Assembly: GCA_963790185.1 (NCBI GenBank)
Contig: CAWBNR010000016.1
Location: 1,528-65,527, forward strand
DNA: 64,000 bases
Direction of reading: 5' to 3'
DNA from: an uncultured Thermoleophilia bacterium
Lineage (GTDB): Bacteria; Actinomycetota; Thermoleophilia; UBA2241
Shown: positions 1-7,800 of the stretch, one piece after another
Position numbering within the stretch: the stretch's first letter is position 1
Layout: each line of letters opens with the position of its first letter
Program-made: the position numbers and the translations under genes
Notes under the pieces: model-generated
The model's database searches: none
What the model was told of the DNA's origin: nothing
Seen by the model: the letters and a program-made list of their open reading frames with translations, nothing else

Positions 1-660
1 GTGGATGTTGAGGAGCTGAGGAGATTTCAGCTCTTCGCCAACCTGGACGACAAGGAACTGGCGGAGTTGGCGAAGATCGGCTCGCCCGAGAAGGTCGGTG
101 CAGGCTCCGAGGTCCTCGCGGAAGACGAGGCCGCCTCTACGGTCTACATGGTGGCGGACGGCAAGGTCAGCGTCACGATGAAGAGCCGGAAGGGCCAGGA
201 AGCAGTCATCGACGAGGTTGGCCCGGGGGGAATGTTCGGATGGTCCGCAGCGCTGGATGACCAGACCTTCACGGCCGCAGTAAGGACCATCGAAGACTCG
301 ACGCTGCTGGCCTTCGATGGCGAGCGGCTGAGGCAGTTGTTCGCCGAGAACTACCGTATCGGGTATCGGATCGTCAGTAACATAGCCTTGGTGATCTCCA
401 CCAGGCTGACGAATCTGAGATCCACGCTGGTAGATGAGCCCTTTGCTCCCGAGTGGCTCGCCTCGCCGGCTCAGGAGGGACCAGTCGGTCCCCCTTCGGC
501 GGGAACGATGAGCGAGTTGAAGGCTGTGGCTTGTCCCGATTGCGGCTCGGTCAACCGCCCGAGATCGGTCGTGAATGACACTGAACAGTACAGGTGTCAC
601 GACTGCGGGATGGTCTACTACACCTCTGCCGGGTGTGAAACACGGGTCGACGATCGCTAA
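1..660 (+). CDS. cyclic-nucleotide-binding domain protein with C-terminal double-CxxC zinc ribbon
   Basis: ORF 1-660 starts with GTG at the window edge, so the true start could lie upstream. The N-terminal ~140 aa (FQLFANLDDKELAELA...STVYMVADGKVSV...GPGGMFGWSA) fit the Crp/cNMP-binding beta-barrel. The tail has CPDCG...CHDCG. Confidence 0.7.
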   Translation: MDVEELRRFQLFANLDDKELAELAKIGSPEKVGAGSEVLAEDEAASTVYMVADGKVSVTMKSRKGQEAVIDEVGPGGMFGWSAALDDQTFTAAVRTIEDSTLLAFDGERLRQLFAENYRIGYRIVSNIALVISTRLTNLRSTLVDEPFAPEWLASPAQEGPVGPPSAGTMSELKAVACPDCGSVNRPRSVVNDTEQYRCHDCGMVYYTSAGCETRVDDR

Positions 661-685
661 GCGCGCATGAGGCAGCCGCGAGTGC

Positions 686-892
686 TTGGGCCACCTGCCG
701 ATCTTCGGGCAGCGCCATTCGCGCTGGGTCCTCCGAGAGTACCTCGGACACGACAACGAAGAACGACCGCACCGCGGCCTGTCGCTCGAGACGCCGGAGC
801 CGGGAGCCGCCCGTCGCCGGGTCGATGGCGCGGTCATCCGCGTCGATCGACTCGGTGGGCTGATCCACGAGTATCACCGAGCAGCAGCGTGA
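686..892 (+). pseudogene. C-terminal remnant of an rve (integrase-core) transposase
   Basis: The 68-aa ORF reads ...VLREYLGHDNEERPHRGLSLETP...RVDRLGGLIHEYHRAA. This is the typical C-terminal end of IS481/IS3-type DDE transposases. No catalytic core lies upstream. Confidence 0.6.
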
Positions 893-931
893 ATCGGGAC
901 AGGCGTACCCTTCAGGTCCCGCCTGCCGCTC

Positions 932-960
932 TTGACAGCCATGTTTCTCAGGAGTAGCTT
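932..960 (+). promoter_or_regulatory. sigma70-type promoter (TTGACA - 17 nt - TAGCTT) for the HTH/NTase pair
   Basis: TTGACA at 932-937, a 17-nt spacer, and TAGCTT (TAnnnT) at 955-960. It lies directly upstream of the palindrome and of the AAGGA RBS plus ATG at 998. Confidence 0.45.
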
Positions 961-979
961 GTTTCCTGTCACAGGAAAC
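961..979. promoter_or_regulatory. perfect palindromic operator candidate GTTTCCTGT-C-ACAGGAAAC
   Basis: Two 9-nt arms are exact reverse complements with a 1-nt spacer. The palindrome overlaps the expected transcription start of the downstream wHTH gene. Confidence 0.5.
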
Positions 980-997
980 TATGCCAATCAAGGACAT

Positions 998-2086
998 ATG
1001 ATGGCTGCCCAGAGCGACCTCATCCTCGGCGCGACCCGCATCCTGGCCGACCGCCTCGGCGAGGGCTGGGGCGTGCGGCGCTTCGACGAGCCCGTGCGAG
1101 GGCCGGGCATCCTGCAGCCCGACGCCGTTCTCAACCTGACCGCGCCCGACGGCAGCAGCGTACTCCAGATGCTCGAGGCCAAGGGGCGCCTCTACCCACG
1201 CGACGTGCAGCGCTGGCTCCGCGCCCTGCGCCCGGTACCGCCCGACAACAGCTACCTTCTCGTCGCGCCCTTCTTGGGCCGGCGCACGCGCGACCAGCTC
1301 GAGGCGGCCGGGGTCAACTACATCGACCTGACCGGCAACGTGCTGGTGCGCTCCGCACGCCCGAGCATCCTCATCCGCGAGCGGGGCGCCGAGAAGGACC
1401 CAGCGCCGGCCGACGGACCCGTCCGCTCCTTGCGTGGGCCCAAGGCGGCGCGAGTGGTCCGTACCCTTTGCGACTACAGAGCGCCTATGACGTCCCGCGC
1501 CGTCGCATCCCGGACCGGCGTTACACCGGGCTACGTCTCCAAGATCGTCGCCCTGCTCGAACGCGAGGCGCTCATCGAGCGCGAAGGCCGTGGCCCCGCC
1601 CGAACAATCGTCCAGGTGGCGTGGGCGGATGTCATGCGACGCTGGGGTGCCGACTACCGACTTCTCGAGTCGAACAGCGCCCGTCTCTTCCTCGCGCCCC
1701 GGGGGATCCCCGCGTTCCTGCGCGACCTCGACGGCTGGGCATCCCGCACCCCGAACGCTCGCTACGCCGTGACCGGCTCGTTCGCCGCCGCCCGCAGGGC
1801 GCCGGTCGCACCCCCGGCGCTGCTCGTCTGCTATGTCGACGCACCGATCGGCGTCGCCGAGAAGACCGGCCTGATGCGAGCCGGCCAGACCGGCAACGTC
1901 TACCTCTGTGAACCTCTGGATGCGGTCGTCTTCGAGCGCACCTGGACCGAAGAGGACATCTCGTTCGCCGCGCTCTCCCAGGTCGCCGTGGACTGTCTCA
2001 CTGGGCCCGACCGCATGCCCTCAGAAGGCGAGGCCCTCCTGGAGTGGATGGCCGCCAACGAAGACGCCTGGCGCGTCGATAGCTGA
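998..2086 (+). CDS. PD-(D/E)xK-like + winged-helix + AbiEi-like C-terminal domain protein (putative antitoxin/regulator)
   Basis: ORF 932-2086. I prefer the ATG at 998 because an AAGGA RBS sits 4-8 nt upstream and the TTG at 932 is part of the -35 box. Motifs: LQPDAVLNL-x-MLEAKG (PD-x17-EAK), the HTH MTSRAVASRTGVTPGYVSKIVALLEREALIEREG, and the C-terminal ...AVDCLTGPDRMPSEGEALLEWM. Confidence 0.55.
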   Translation: MMAAQSDLILGATRILADRLGEGWGVRRFDEPVRGPGILQPDAVLNLTAPDGSSVLQMLEAKGRLYPRDVQRWLRALRPVPPDNSYLLVAPFLGRRTRDQLEAAGVNYIDLTGNVLVRSARPSILIRERGAEKDPAPADGPVRSLRGPKAARVVRTLCDYRAPMTSRAVASRTGVTPGYVSKIVALLEREALIEREGRGPARTIVQVAWADVMRRWGADYRLLESNSARLFLAPRGIPAFLRDLDGWASRTPNARYAVTGSFAAARRAPVAPPALLVCYVDAPIGVAEKTGLMRAGQTGNVYLCEPLDAVVFERTWTEEDISFAALSQVAVDCLTGPDRMPSEGEALLEWMAANEDAWRVDS

Positions 2087-2126
2087 GCGCATCTCGCCGG
2101 ATCCGCTCTACGTCGCCGCCCGGCGC

Positions 2127-2957
2127 GTGCTGCTCGACGCTCTCGAGGCGCTCGGGACGCACCGGGAGGCCGCCATCCTCGTCGGGGCCCATGTCGTCTA
2201 CCTGCGGGTCGGCGAGGGTGATCTCGCGACGACGCCCTATACGACCGACGCCGACGTCGCCCTCGACCCCGCGCTGCTCGGCGCCACGCCGCCGCTCGAC
2301 GAGGCGCTCGCCGCCGCCGGCTTCGTACCCAAGATCGGACCCGACGGCCGCATCGTCGGCTCGTGGGTGACCGAGCGCGAAGTGTCAGGAATGCCCACCC
2401 TCATCGACCTCGACGTGCTCGTGCCCGCAGCGCTCGGCGGCGAGGGCAGGCGAGCCGCGCGGCTCAACGCGCACGGGGACCGCGTCGCCCGCAAGGCCCT
2501 CGGCCTCGAGCTGGCGCTGAGCGACAATGGCCTGATGACGATCGGGGCGCTGGACGCCGACCAGCGGAGCTTCGAGGTGCGGGTCGCAGGCACCGCAGCC
2601 CTCCTCGTCGCGAAGGCACAGAAGATCGGGGAGCGCCTTGACGACCCGAGACGCGATACCTACATAGCCAAGGACGCCCTCGACATCCTGCGGCTTCTGC
2701 GAGGCAGCGACCTCGACCGAGCCGCATCGACCTTGGCCGGCGCCCGGACCGGCGCTCTCGCCACTGTTGCCCCGAGCCTCGGGGCAGCGATCGCTGCGAC
2801 GGTCGAGCGAGCTCTCGCGCTGCTGGGAGACGAGTTCGCGAGGGAGAACGCCCGCGGCTGCGTCCTCGCGGGGCGCGCCGCCGCCGGCCGAGACGACCCG
2901 GGAGTCGTCGCCGCATCGCTTGCCGCCCTCACGTCCCAGCTGCTCGAGCGACTCTGA
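2127..2957 (+). CDS. nucleotidyltransferase-fold protein, AbiEii/DUF1814-like (putative toxin)
   Basis: This is the 3' part of ORF 1908-2957. The first in-frame start after the upstream stop is GTG 2127. The Pol-beta NTase pattern is ILVGAHVVYL...TTDADVAL, followed by LIDLDVLV. Confidence 0.5.
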   Translation: MLLDALEALGTHREAAILVGAHVVYLRVGEGDLATTPYTTDADVALDPALLGATPPLDEALAAAGFVPKIGPDGRIVGSWVTEREVSGMPTLIDLDVLVPAALGGEGRRAARLNAHGDRVARKALGLELALSDNGLMTIGALDADQRSFEVRVAGTAALLVAKAQKIGERLDDPRRDTYIAKDALDILRLLRGSDLDRAASTLAGARTGALATVAPSLGAAIAATVERALALLGDEFARENARGCVLAGRAAAGRDDPGVVAASLAALTSQLLERL

Positions 2958-3137
2958 CACGGACCGGCTCCGAGCCGCGATCGCCCCGTCAGGCGGGGAC
3001 AGCGAACGACTCGGGGGCCACGACCAGTCCACGCGTACGAGGCTCCCGTCAGCATCTCGGCAGCACTTTCCCGGCCGAAGCGGGAACATCTGAGCGTGCG
3101 CGAGAGAAGGGGTGCCCTTGCGCGGGAAGGCCGATGG

Positions 3138-3186
3138 TGGTGCCCCCGGACTGGAATCGAACAGCCGACACCAGGTTTAGGAAACT
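3138..3186 (-). repeat. 48-nt copy of the 3' half of tRNA-Arg(CCT) (att-like direct repeat)
   Basis: tggtgcccccggactggaatcgaacagccgacaccaggtttaggaaac matches 16649-16696 apart from three small indel-type differences. The sequence beyond the anticodon loop diverges and cannot form D or acceptor stems. Confidence 0.75.
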
Positions 3187-3535
3187 CACGGCTCGCGTGA
3201 CGCGGCGTAGCGGCTGATTCGCAAAGGTGCTGGAGTGTCCAAGGTTCTGCATGGGTTCGGTGCTGGGCCGTGTCCAGGCGTGTTGGCCCATGGCGAGTAG
3301 TCTCGTCGGCGATGCGTCGGCAGACGCTTCTTCTCAGAGCGGTGCCGCCCTGGTCTCGTCGATTGGTCGGTCAACCTCTGCGAGTGCAGGTTTGGCCCCC
3401 AGCCGCGCAACGTTTCCAATACCTCATTTCAATACATACTCTCCTCGAAGAGGATGCAGGGCTGTAGGTGGACTGACGCGATTCATCGGTCCATTGCCCT
3501 GAACTGATCGAACATACAAATGGAGTCGACGCCCA

Positions 3536-3561
3536 GTTTCGTCGCATGCCGCGGAGGGGTA
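3536..3561 (+). promoter_or_regulatory. sigmaB/sigmaF-type stress promoter candidate (GTTT-N17-GGGTA) upstream of the CsbD gene
   Basis: GTTT at 3536-3539 and GGGTA at 3557-3561, about 55 nt upstream of the CsbD start. CsbD is a classical general-stress regulon member. Confidence 0.35.
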
Positions 3562-3616
3562 CGAAGAAAATCGTGGATGGTCGTGGTGTCGGCGTCCGCA
3601 GCGAGGGGAGACTCAG

Positions 3617-3847
3617 GTGGACTGGAACATCATCGAGGGCAAGTGGAAAGAACTCAAAGGCCATGCGCGGGAAGAGTGGGGCAAGCTCACCGACGACGAG
3701 CTTGAGGAAATCGGGGGCAAGAAGGATCGCCTGGTCGGCAAGCTGCAGCAGAAGTACGGATACGCCTCCGACGAGGCCGATCGGCGTGCGGACGAGTGGG
3801 CGAAGCATCAGGATGCGAAGCCTCACGATGAGGCCATCAACACCTGA
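3617..3847 (+). CDS. CsbD-family general stress protein
   Basis: The 76-aa ORF reads MDWNIIEGKWKELKGHAREEWGKLTDDELEEIGGKKDRLVGKLQQKYGY, the CsbD signature. A GAGGGGAG RBS precedes the GTG. Confidence 0.85.
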   Translation: MDWNIIEGKWKELKGHAREEWGKLTDDELEEIGGKKDRLVGKLQQKYGYASDEADRRADEWAKHQDAKPHDEAINT

Positions 3848-3873
3848 GACCTATCGGAGGGAGGTGACGTCAT

Positions 3874-3957
3874 ATGAGCATTTGGCTGATCATACTAATC
3901 ATAGTGGTGCTCGTGCTGTTCTTCGGTGGCTGGGGCTTCACGAGACGGGGGAGGTGA
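3874..3957 (+). CDS. 27-aa single-pass hydrophobic mini-protein
   Basis: This ORF is below the 60-aa cut-off of the ORF track. ATG 3874 is preceded by GGAGGGAGG. The product is MSIWLIILIIVVLVLFFGGWGFTRRGR. Confidence 0.4.
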   Translation: MSIWLIILIIVVLVLFFGGWGFTRRGR

Positions 3958-3963
3958 TCGTCT

Positions 3964-4239
3964 GTGAATAGGAATTCCGGCATCGGCGTACTGGTGTTCG
4001 GCATCGTGCTGGTGGTCGTCGGCGCCATCATGAAGTTCGCTATCACGGCGCATGTCTCTGGGTTCAGCATCAACACGGCCGGCGTCATCCTGCTCTGGGT
4101 GGGGATCGGTATCTTCGTCGTGAGCCTGCTCATCATCGTACTGGGGGGCAGGAGCAGGAGCACGACGCGAACGGACGTCCGGGAGACTCCCTCAGGCCAA
4201 GAGCGGACCGAGCAGCAGGACGACTGGCGCACGCCCTGA
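3964..4239 (+). CDS. small two-TM membrane protein (DUF6458-like)
   Basis: The 91-aa ORF has two hydrophobic helices (GIGVLVFGIVLVVVGAIMKF, AGVILLWVGIGIFVVSLLIIVLGG) and a charged tail. Confidence 0.55.
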   Translation: MNRNSGIGVLVFGIVLVVVGAIMKFAITAHVSGFSINTAGVILLWVGIGIFVVSLLIIVLGGRSRSTTRTDVRETPSGQERTEQQDDWRTP

Positions 4240-4398
4240 CGACTCGAAGGTGTGCGGGAAATCGCCGAAGAACGGCGCGCCTGACTCCACGCGATCGAGA
4301 TGACACCGATAGCGCACGCCACCGGGAGCGAGATTCGGCGATGCGCTCAGCGTCCCGGTCGTGGAGAATGACACCAGAGAACCGGAGGGGGACTCGCA

Positions 4399-4572
4399 GT
4401 GCGGAACTTACTGGGAACTGTTCTTTTCGTGATCTACATCGTCGTCGGCTTTGTCGTCGCGAACTCGCATCACTATTTCGCGCACCTGGACCAAGCCAAG
4501 CCGCTCGTCTCCGCGGTCCTCGCCGTCGCGCTCTGGCCGCTCGTGCTGTTCGGAGTCGATCTTCACATCTAA
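4399..4572 (+). CDS. 57-aa two-TM membrane mini-protein
   Basis: Not in the ORF track. GTG 4399 follows a GGAGGGGG RBS. The product is VRNLLGTVLFVIYIVVGFVVANSHHYFAHLDQAKPLVSAVLAVALWPLVLFGVDLHI. Confidence 0.4.
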   Translation: MRNLLGTVLFVIYIVVGFVVANSHHYFAHLDQAKPLVSAVLAVALWPLVLFGVDLHI

Positions 4573-4792
4573 TGAAAGCGCTGGTCGCACGGGTAGCCGC
4601 GCATTCTCCCTAGGCGTCGGGGGCGAGGCTGGAAGGTGTTCGTTGTCTCGCGCCAGAGCTCGGCGAGGTCTTTTGAAGGTGCCAGGCCCCGGCGCGGGTG
4701 ACGAGCTTGAGGTGATGGCCCGCACTGCAGCCGACCATGTCGCTCGGGTCGGCGTTGCGGTCATACTGTCCATGCGGCTGGCCCGCAGCGGC

Positions 4793-5984
4793 TCACGGTG
4801 ACCCGCCGCCGACCTCGGTCGGGGTGTGCCGGTCCTTGGTGTCGCCAAGGCCGAGCTCACCGTTGCCGTTGAAGCCCCAGGCCCAAAGCGTGCCGTTCGT
4901 CCTCACTGCCAAAGTGTCGCCGTCGCCGCAGGAGACGCTCGCCCAGTCGTTGGCCGTGCCCACTCGGGTCGGGGTGAGTCTGGTGGACGTATCGCCCAGA
5001 CCGAGCTGGCCGACGTAGTTGTGGCCCCAGGCCCAGAGGCTGCCGTCCTTCTTCACGGCCAGACCGAAGTCGTAGCCGCAAGCGACGGCCGCCCAGTCAT
5101 TGGCGCTCCCGACCTCGGTCGGGGTGAGCCTGTCGCGCGTGTCGCCCAGGCCGAGTTGACCGAAGCCGTTGCCACCCCAGGCCCAGAGGCTACCGTCCTT
5201 CTGGAGGCCCAGCGTGACGCTGAAGTCGCAGGCAGACGGCCGCCCAGTCGCCGGCGCTGCCCACGCGAGTCGGGGTGAGCCTATTGCGCGTGTCGCCGAG
5301 GCCGAGCTGGCCGGCGCCGTTGTAGCCCCAGGCCCAGAGGGAGCCGTCGTTCTTCAGGCCCAGGCTGTGCTGGTAGCCGCAGGCGACGGCCGCCCAGTCG
5401 CCGGCGCTGCCCACGCGAGTCGGGGTGAGCCTATTGCGCGTGTCGCCGAGGCCGAGCTGGCCGGCGTCGTTGCTGCCCCAGGCCCAGAGACTGCCGTCCA
5501 CCTTCAGGGCCAGGGTGTAGCCGTACCCGCAAGCGACGGCCGTCCAGTCGCCGGCGCTGCCGACCCGCGTCGGGGTGAGCCTGTCACTGGCGCCGCCCAC
5601 TCCGAGATCGCCGTGGTAGTTGAGGCCCCAGGTCCAGAGGCTGCCGTCGTCCAGTATGGCCGAGGTGCGCTCGTAGCCGCAGGCAAGGCTCATCCAGTCG
5701 GTGCCGCTGCCGCCCTTGGTCGGGGCGTGTCTCTCCCTGGTGTCGCCGAGACCGAGCTGGCCCGCGTTGTTGCCGCCCCAGGCCCAGGGGGAGCCGTCCC
5801 TCTGCAGAGCCAGGGTGTGATCGCTGCCGCACACGACAGCCGTCCAGTCATGCGGTCTCAGCGTGGGCCTCGGCGTCAGTGACGGCGCAGGGGCGGCACG
5901 CTGCTGTCCGCAGCCCGCCACGAGGATGACACTCACAAGCAGAAGCGCCACGGCGATGCTGAGGGGGATCCGACGAGCTCGCAC
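4793..5984 (-). CDS. RCC1-repeat (beta-propeller) lipoprotein, one frameshift near 5234
   Basis: ORFs 5190-6077 and 4793-5056 carry repeated DGSLWAWGxNxxGQLGLGDTxxRLTPTRVG blades. The N-terminus RIPLSIAVALLLVSVILVAGC is a lipobox signal. GTG 5984 sits 5 nt after the sortase stop and has an AGGAAG RBS. Confidence 0.75.
5235..5466. repeat. 150-bp-period tandem duplication (82 nt identical) inside the RCC1 gene
   Basis: 5235-5316 is identical to 5385-5466. The period equals one RCC1 blade. Confidence 0.85.
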
Positions 5985-5989
5985 GCTTC

Positions 5990-6763
5990 CTACTGCTGGG
6001 GCGCGAGTCGTTCCGGGAGCTGAAGTTCGGCGAACACGACCAACCGCTGCGAATGGGTGCCCGCTGCCGCGTCCCAAGAGCCAGTGCAGGTGATTAGGTT
6101 GAGGCGCCTGCCCGCCGACGGCGCGAACACGTCGGCAGCGTCGGCGTCGCGCGCATACAGCTGCGTCATGCGCACGACGAACGTGGCCCGCCTGCCGCTC
6201 GCGTCCTCGACGTAGAGCGTGTCGCCCTTGTGCAGCTCGGGCAGGTCGTCGAAGGCCGCCGCCGTGCCGTCCGCGTAGCCGCTGTGACCGTCTATCACGG
6301 CGCTGCCCCTGTTGCCGGGGCGCGGCCCGAGTCTGTACCAGCCGACGGTGTCGGGGCCGGATGGCGACGCCATCGCGTTGTCGGCCGTCAGGCCGACGTC
6401 CTCGATGGCGGCATCAAGGCCGATCTTGGGGATGACCAGTCGCACCGGTCGGGCGTAGTCGCCCTTCGGGGCTGCCACCTTCGAGGCAGCCACGGTCTCG
6501 ACCCGAGGAGCGACTGCCTTGCGAGCCGGCGGGCTCTCCGCGGGAGCCGGCGCGCTGAGCAGGTAGACGCCCCCGGCCAGGGCGACCAGCGCGCCGATCA
6601 GACAGGCGAGCGCGGCTACTCTCCCGCGGGCGAGTAGCCGCGCTCGTCGCCGCCGCCTTACCGCCCTCGGCTCCCCGGGGGCAGACGTCTCCGGCGATGC
6701 TTCCTTATCCGCGCCGGCGCGAAGCGGCACGGAGTCTCCAGGCCGCGAACAGCAGCGTCGCAC
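5990..6763 (-). CDS. class F-like sortase (transpeptidase)
   Basis: The 257-aa ORF has an N-terminal TM segment (AALACLIGALVALAGGVYLL), the catalytic His context VIDGHSGY, the Cys motif LNLITCTG, and the Arg context SQRLVVFA. Confidence 0.75.
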   Translation of the reverse strand: MRRCCSRPGDSVPLRAGADKEASPETSAPGEPRAVRRRRRARLLARGRVAALACLIGALVALAGGVYLLSAPAPAESPPARKAVAPRVETVAASKVAAPKGDYARPVRLVIPKIGLDAAIEDVGLTADNAMASPSGPDTVGWYRLGPRPGNRGSAVIDGHSGYADGTAAAFDDLPELHKGDTLYVEDASGRRATFVVRMTQLYARDADAADVFAPSAGRRLNLITCTGSWDAAAGTHSQRLVVFAELQLPERLAPQQ

Positions 6764-7604
6764 CGGCCGCGAACACGCCGGTCATCAGCAGCCACGGCGA
6801 GCCGCCGTCTCCGGGCGGGTACCCCGTCGTCGGCAGGCCCGGCACGCTCGTGCTCGTGGCGCTCGGACTAGGACTCGGTGTGGACGTCACGTTCGCACAG
6901 ACCCCGTTCGTGATCGTGTTGGTGTCCAGCGTGACCTCGCCATTGCGTGCCAGCAGCTGTCCCTGCACCGTCGCACCGGTCTGCGCGGCGATCGACGTCA
7001 AGGCGAAGATGTGTCCCACGAACTCGGAGTTCGTTCCCAAGGTCGCGGAGCTGCCGACCTGCCAGAAGACACGGCAGAAGCGCGCGCCATTGATGAGGTT
7101 GACGCGACTGTCTGACATGGTGGTGAGCGTGGATCCCATCTGGAAGATGAAGACGGCGTTGGGGTCGCCCTCGGCGTCGAGCGTGAGCGTCCCCGTGATC
7201 AGGAAGGTGCCGGCGGCCGAGGCGTAGACGCCGGGCTTCAAGGTCGTCCCACCGAGCTCGGTGGGGATGGAAGTGACGGGCGTCCGTCCGGCGGCGTCGT
7301 CGTAGGCGGTCACGAGGTCGAGCTGGGCCTGCTCTGCGGCGGCGTTGTTGATGTTCACGGCCCCGTCGATGGTGACGCTCGCCTGCCCGGTGAATTCAGT
7401 CCCGGGAAACAGTCCGATATCCCCGGTGACCGTGGTCGATCCGGTATTGGTGATTGTCTGGCCAGCCAAGATCGCGTACGAGGCGGCTGTCCCGAGGTTC
7501 ACTGTTGGTTGGGCTGCGATGCTCAGCGCTGGTACCGCCATCATGGCTACCAGCACCAGTGCCAGCAGCAACGGCACGTGTCGCACCCTCATGAGTGCTC
7601 TCAT
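6705..7604 (-). CDS. ice-binding-like (DUF3494) surface protein with LPXTG sorting signal
   Basis: The ATG at 7604 gives MRALMRVRHVPLLLALVLVAMMAVPALSIA. AASYAILAGQTITNTGSTTVTGDIGLFPG is the DUF3494 signature. The C-terminus has an S/T/P linker, LPTTG, a hydrophobic stretch, and RRRG. Confidence 0.8.
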   Translation of the reverse strand: MRALMRVRHVPLLLALVLVAMMAVPALSIAAQPTVNLGTAASYAILAGQTITNTGSTTVTGDIGLFPGTEFTGQASVTIDGAVNINNAAAEQAQLDLVTAYDDAAGRTPVTSIPTELGGTTLKPGVYASAAGTFLITGTLTLDAEGDPNAVFIFQMGSTLTTMSDSRVNLINGARFCRVFWQVGSSATLGTNSEFVGHIFALTSIAAQTGATVQGQLLARNGEVTLDTNTITNGVCANVTSTPSPSPSATSTSVPGLPTTGYPPGDGGSPWLLMTGVFAAGATLLFAAWRLRAASRRRG

Positions 7605-7800
7605 AGGTCCGCTCACTCCCCCCGCTCTGAACTCTTTATAGACGTGCACCACTATGACATATTGACCCACTGTCAGCGTGTTCCTTTGTGGCCGGCTCGG
7701 GACACGATGGTACCCTGTCCCATGAGACTCGCAGAGAGACTACGTTCGCCGGAACGATTCCGCACTCGTGCCGCTCTACTGAAGGGGTGACCGGGACGCA

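Noticed and set aside
932-934. TTG at 932 as the start codon of the HTH gene (start of the listed ORF).
   Set aside because: The TTG is the first half of a consensus -35 hexamer (TTGACA) with a correctly spaced -10 box, and the palindromic operator would lie inside the coding region. ATG 998 has an RBS.
1908-2126. Upstream extension of the nucleotidyltransferase ORF, overlapping the preceding gene by about 180 nt.
   Set aside because: No ATG, GTG or TTG with an RBS lies in the overlapping part. The translated extension is low-complexity ([21 protein letters not shown]...). The first plausible start after the upstream stop is GTG 2127.
3138-3186. Possible second tRNA-Arg gene.
   Set aside because: Only the anticodon-loop-to-CCA half is present. 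The upstream sequence cannot form the anticodon-stem 5' strand, the D arm or the acceptor 5' strand, and the T stem is degraded. I interpret it as an att-type remnant.
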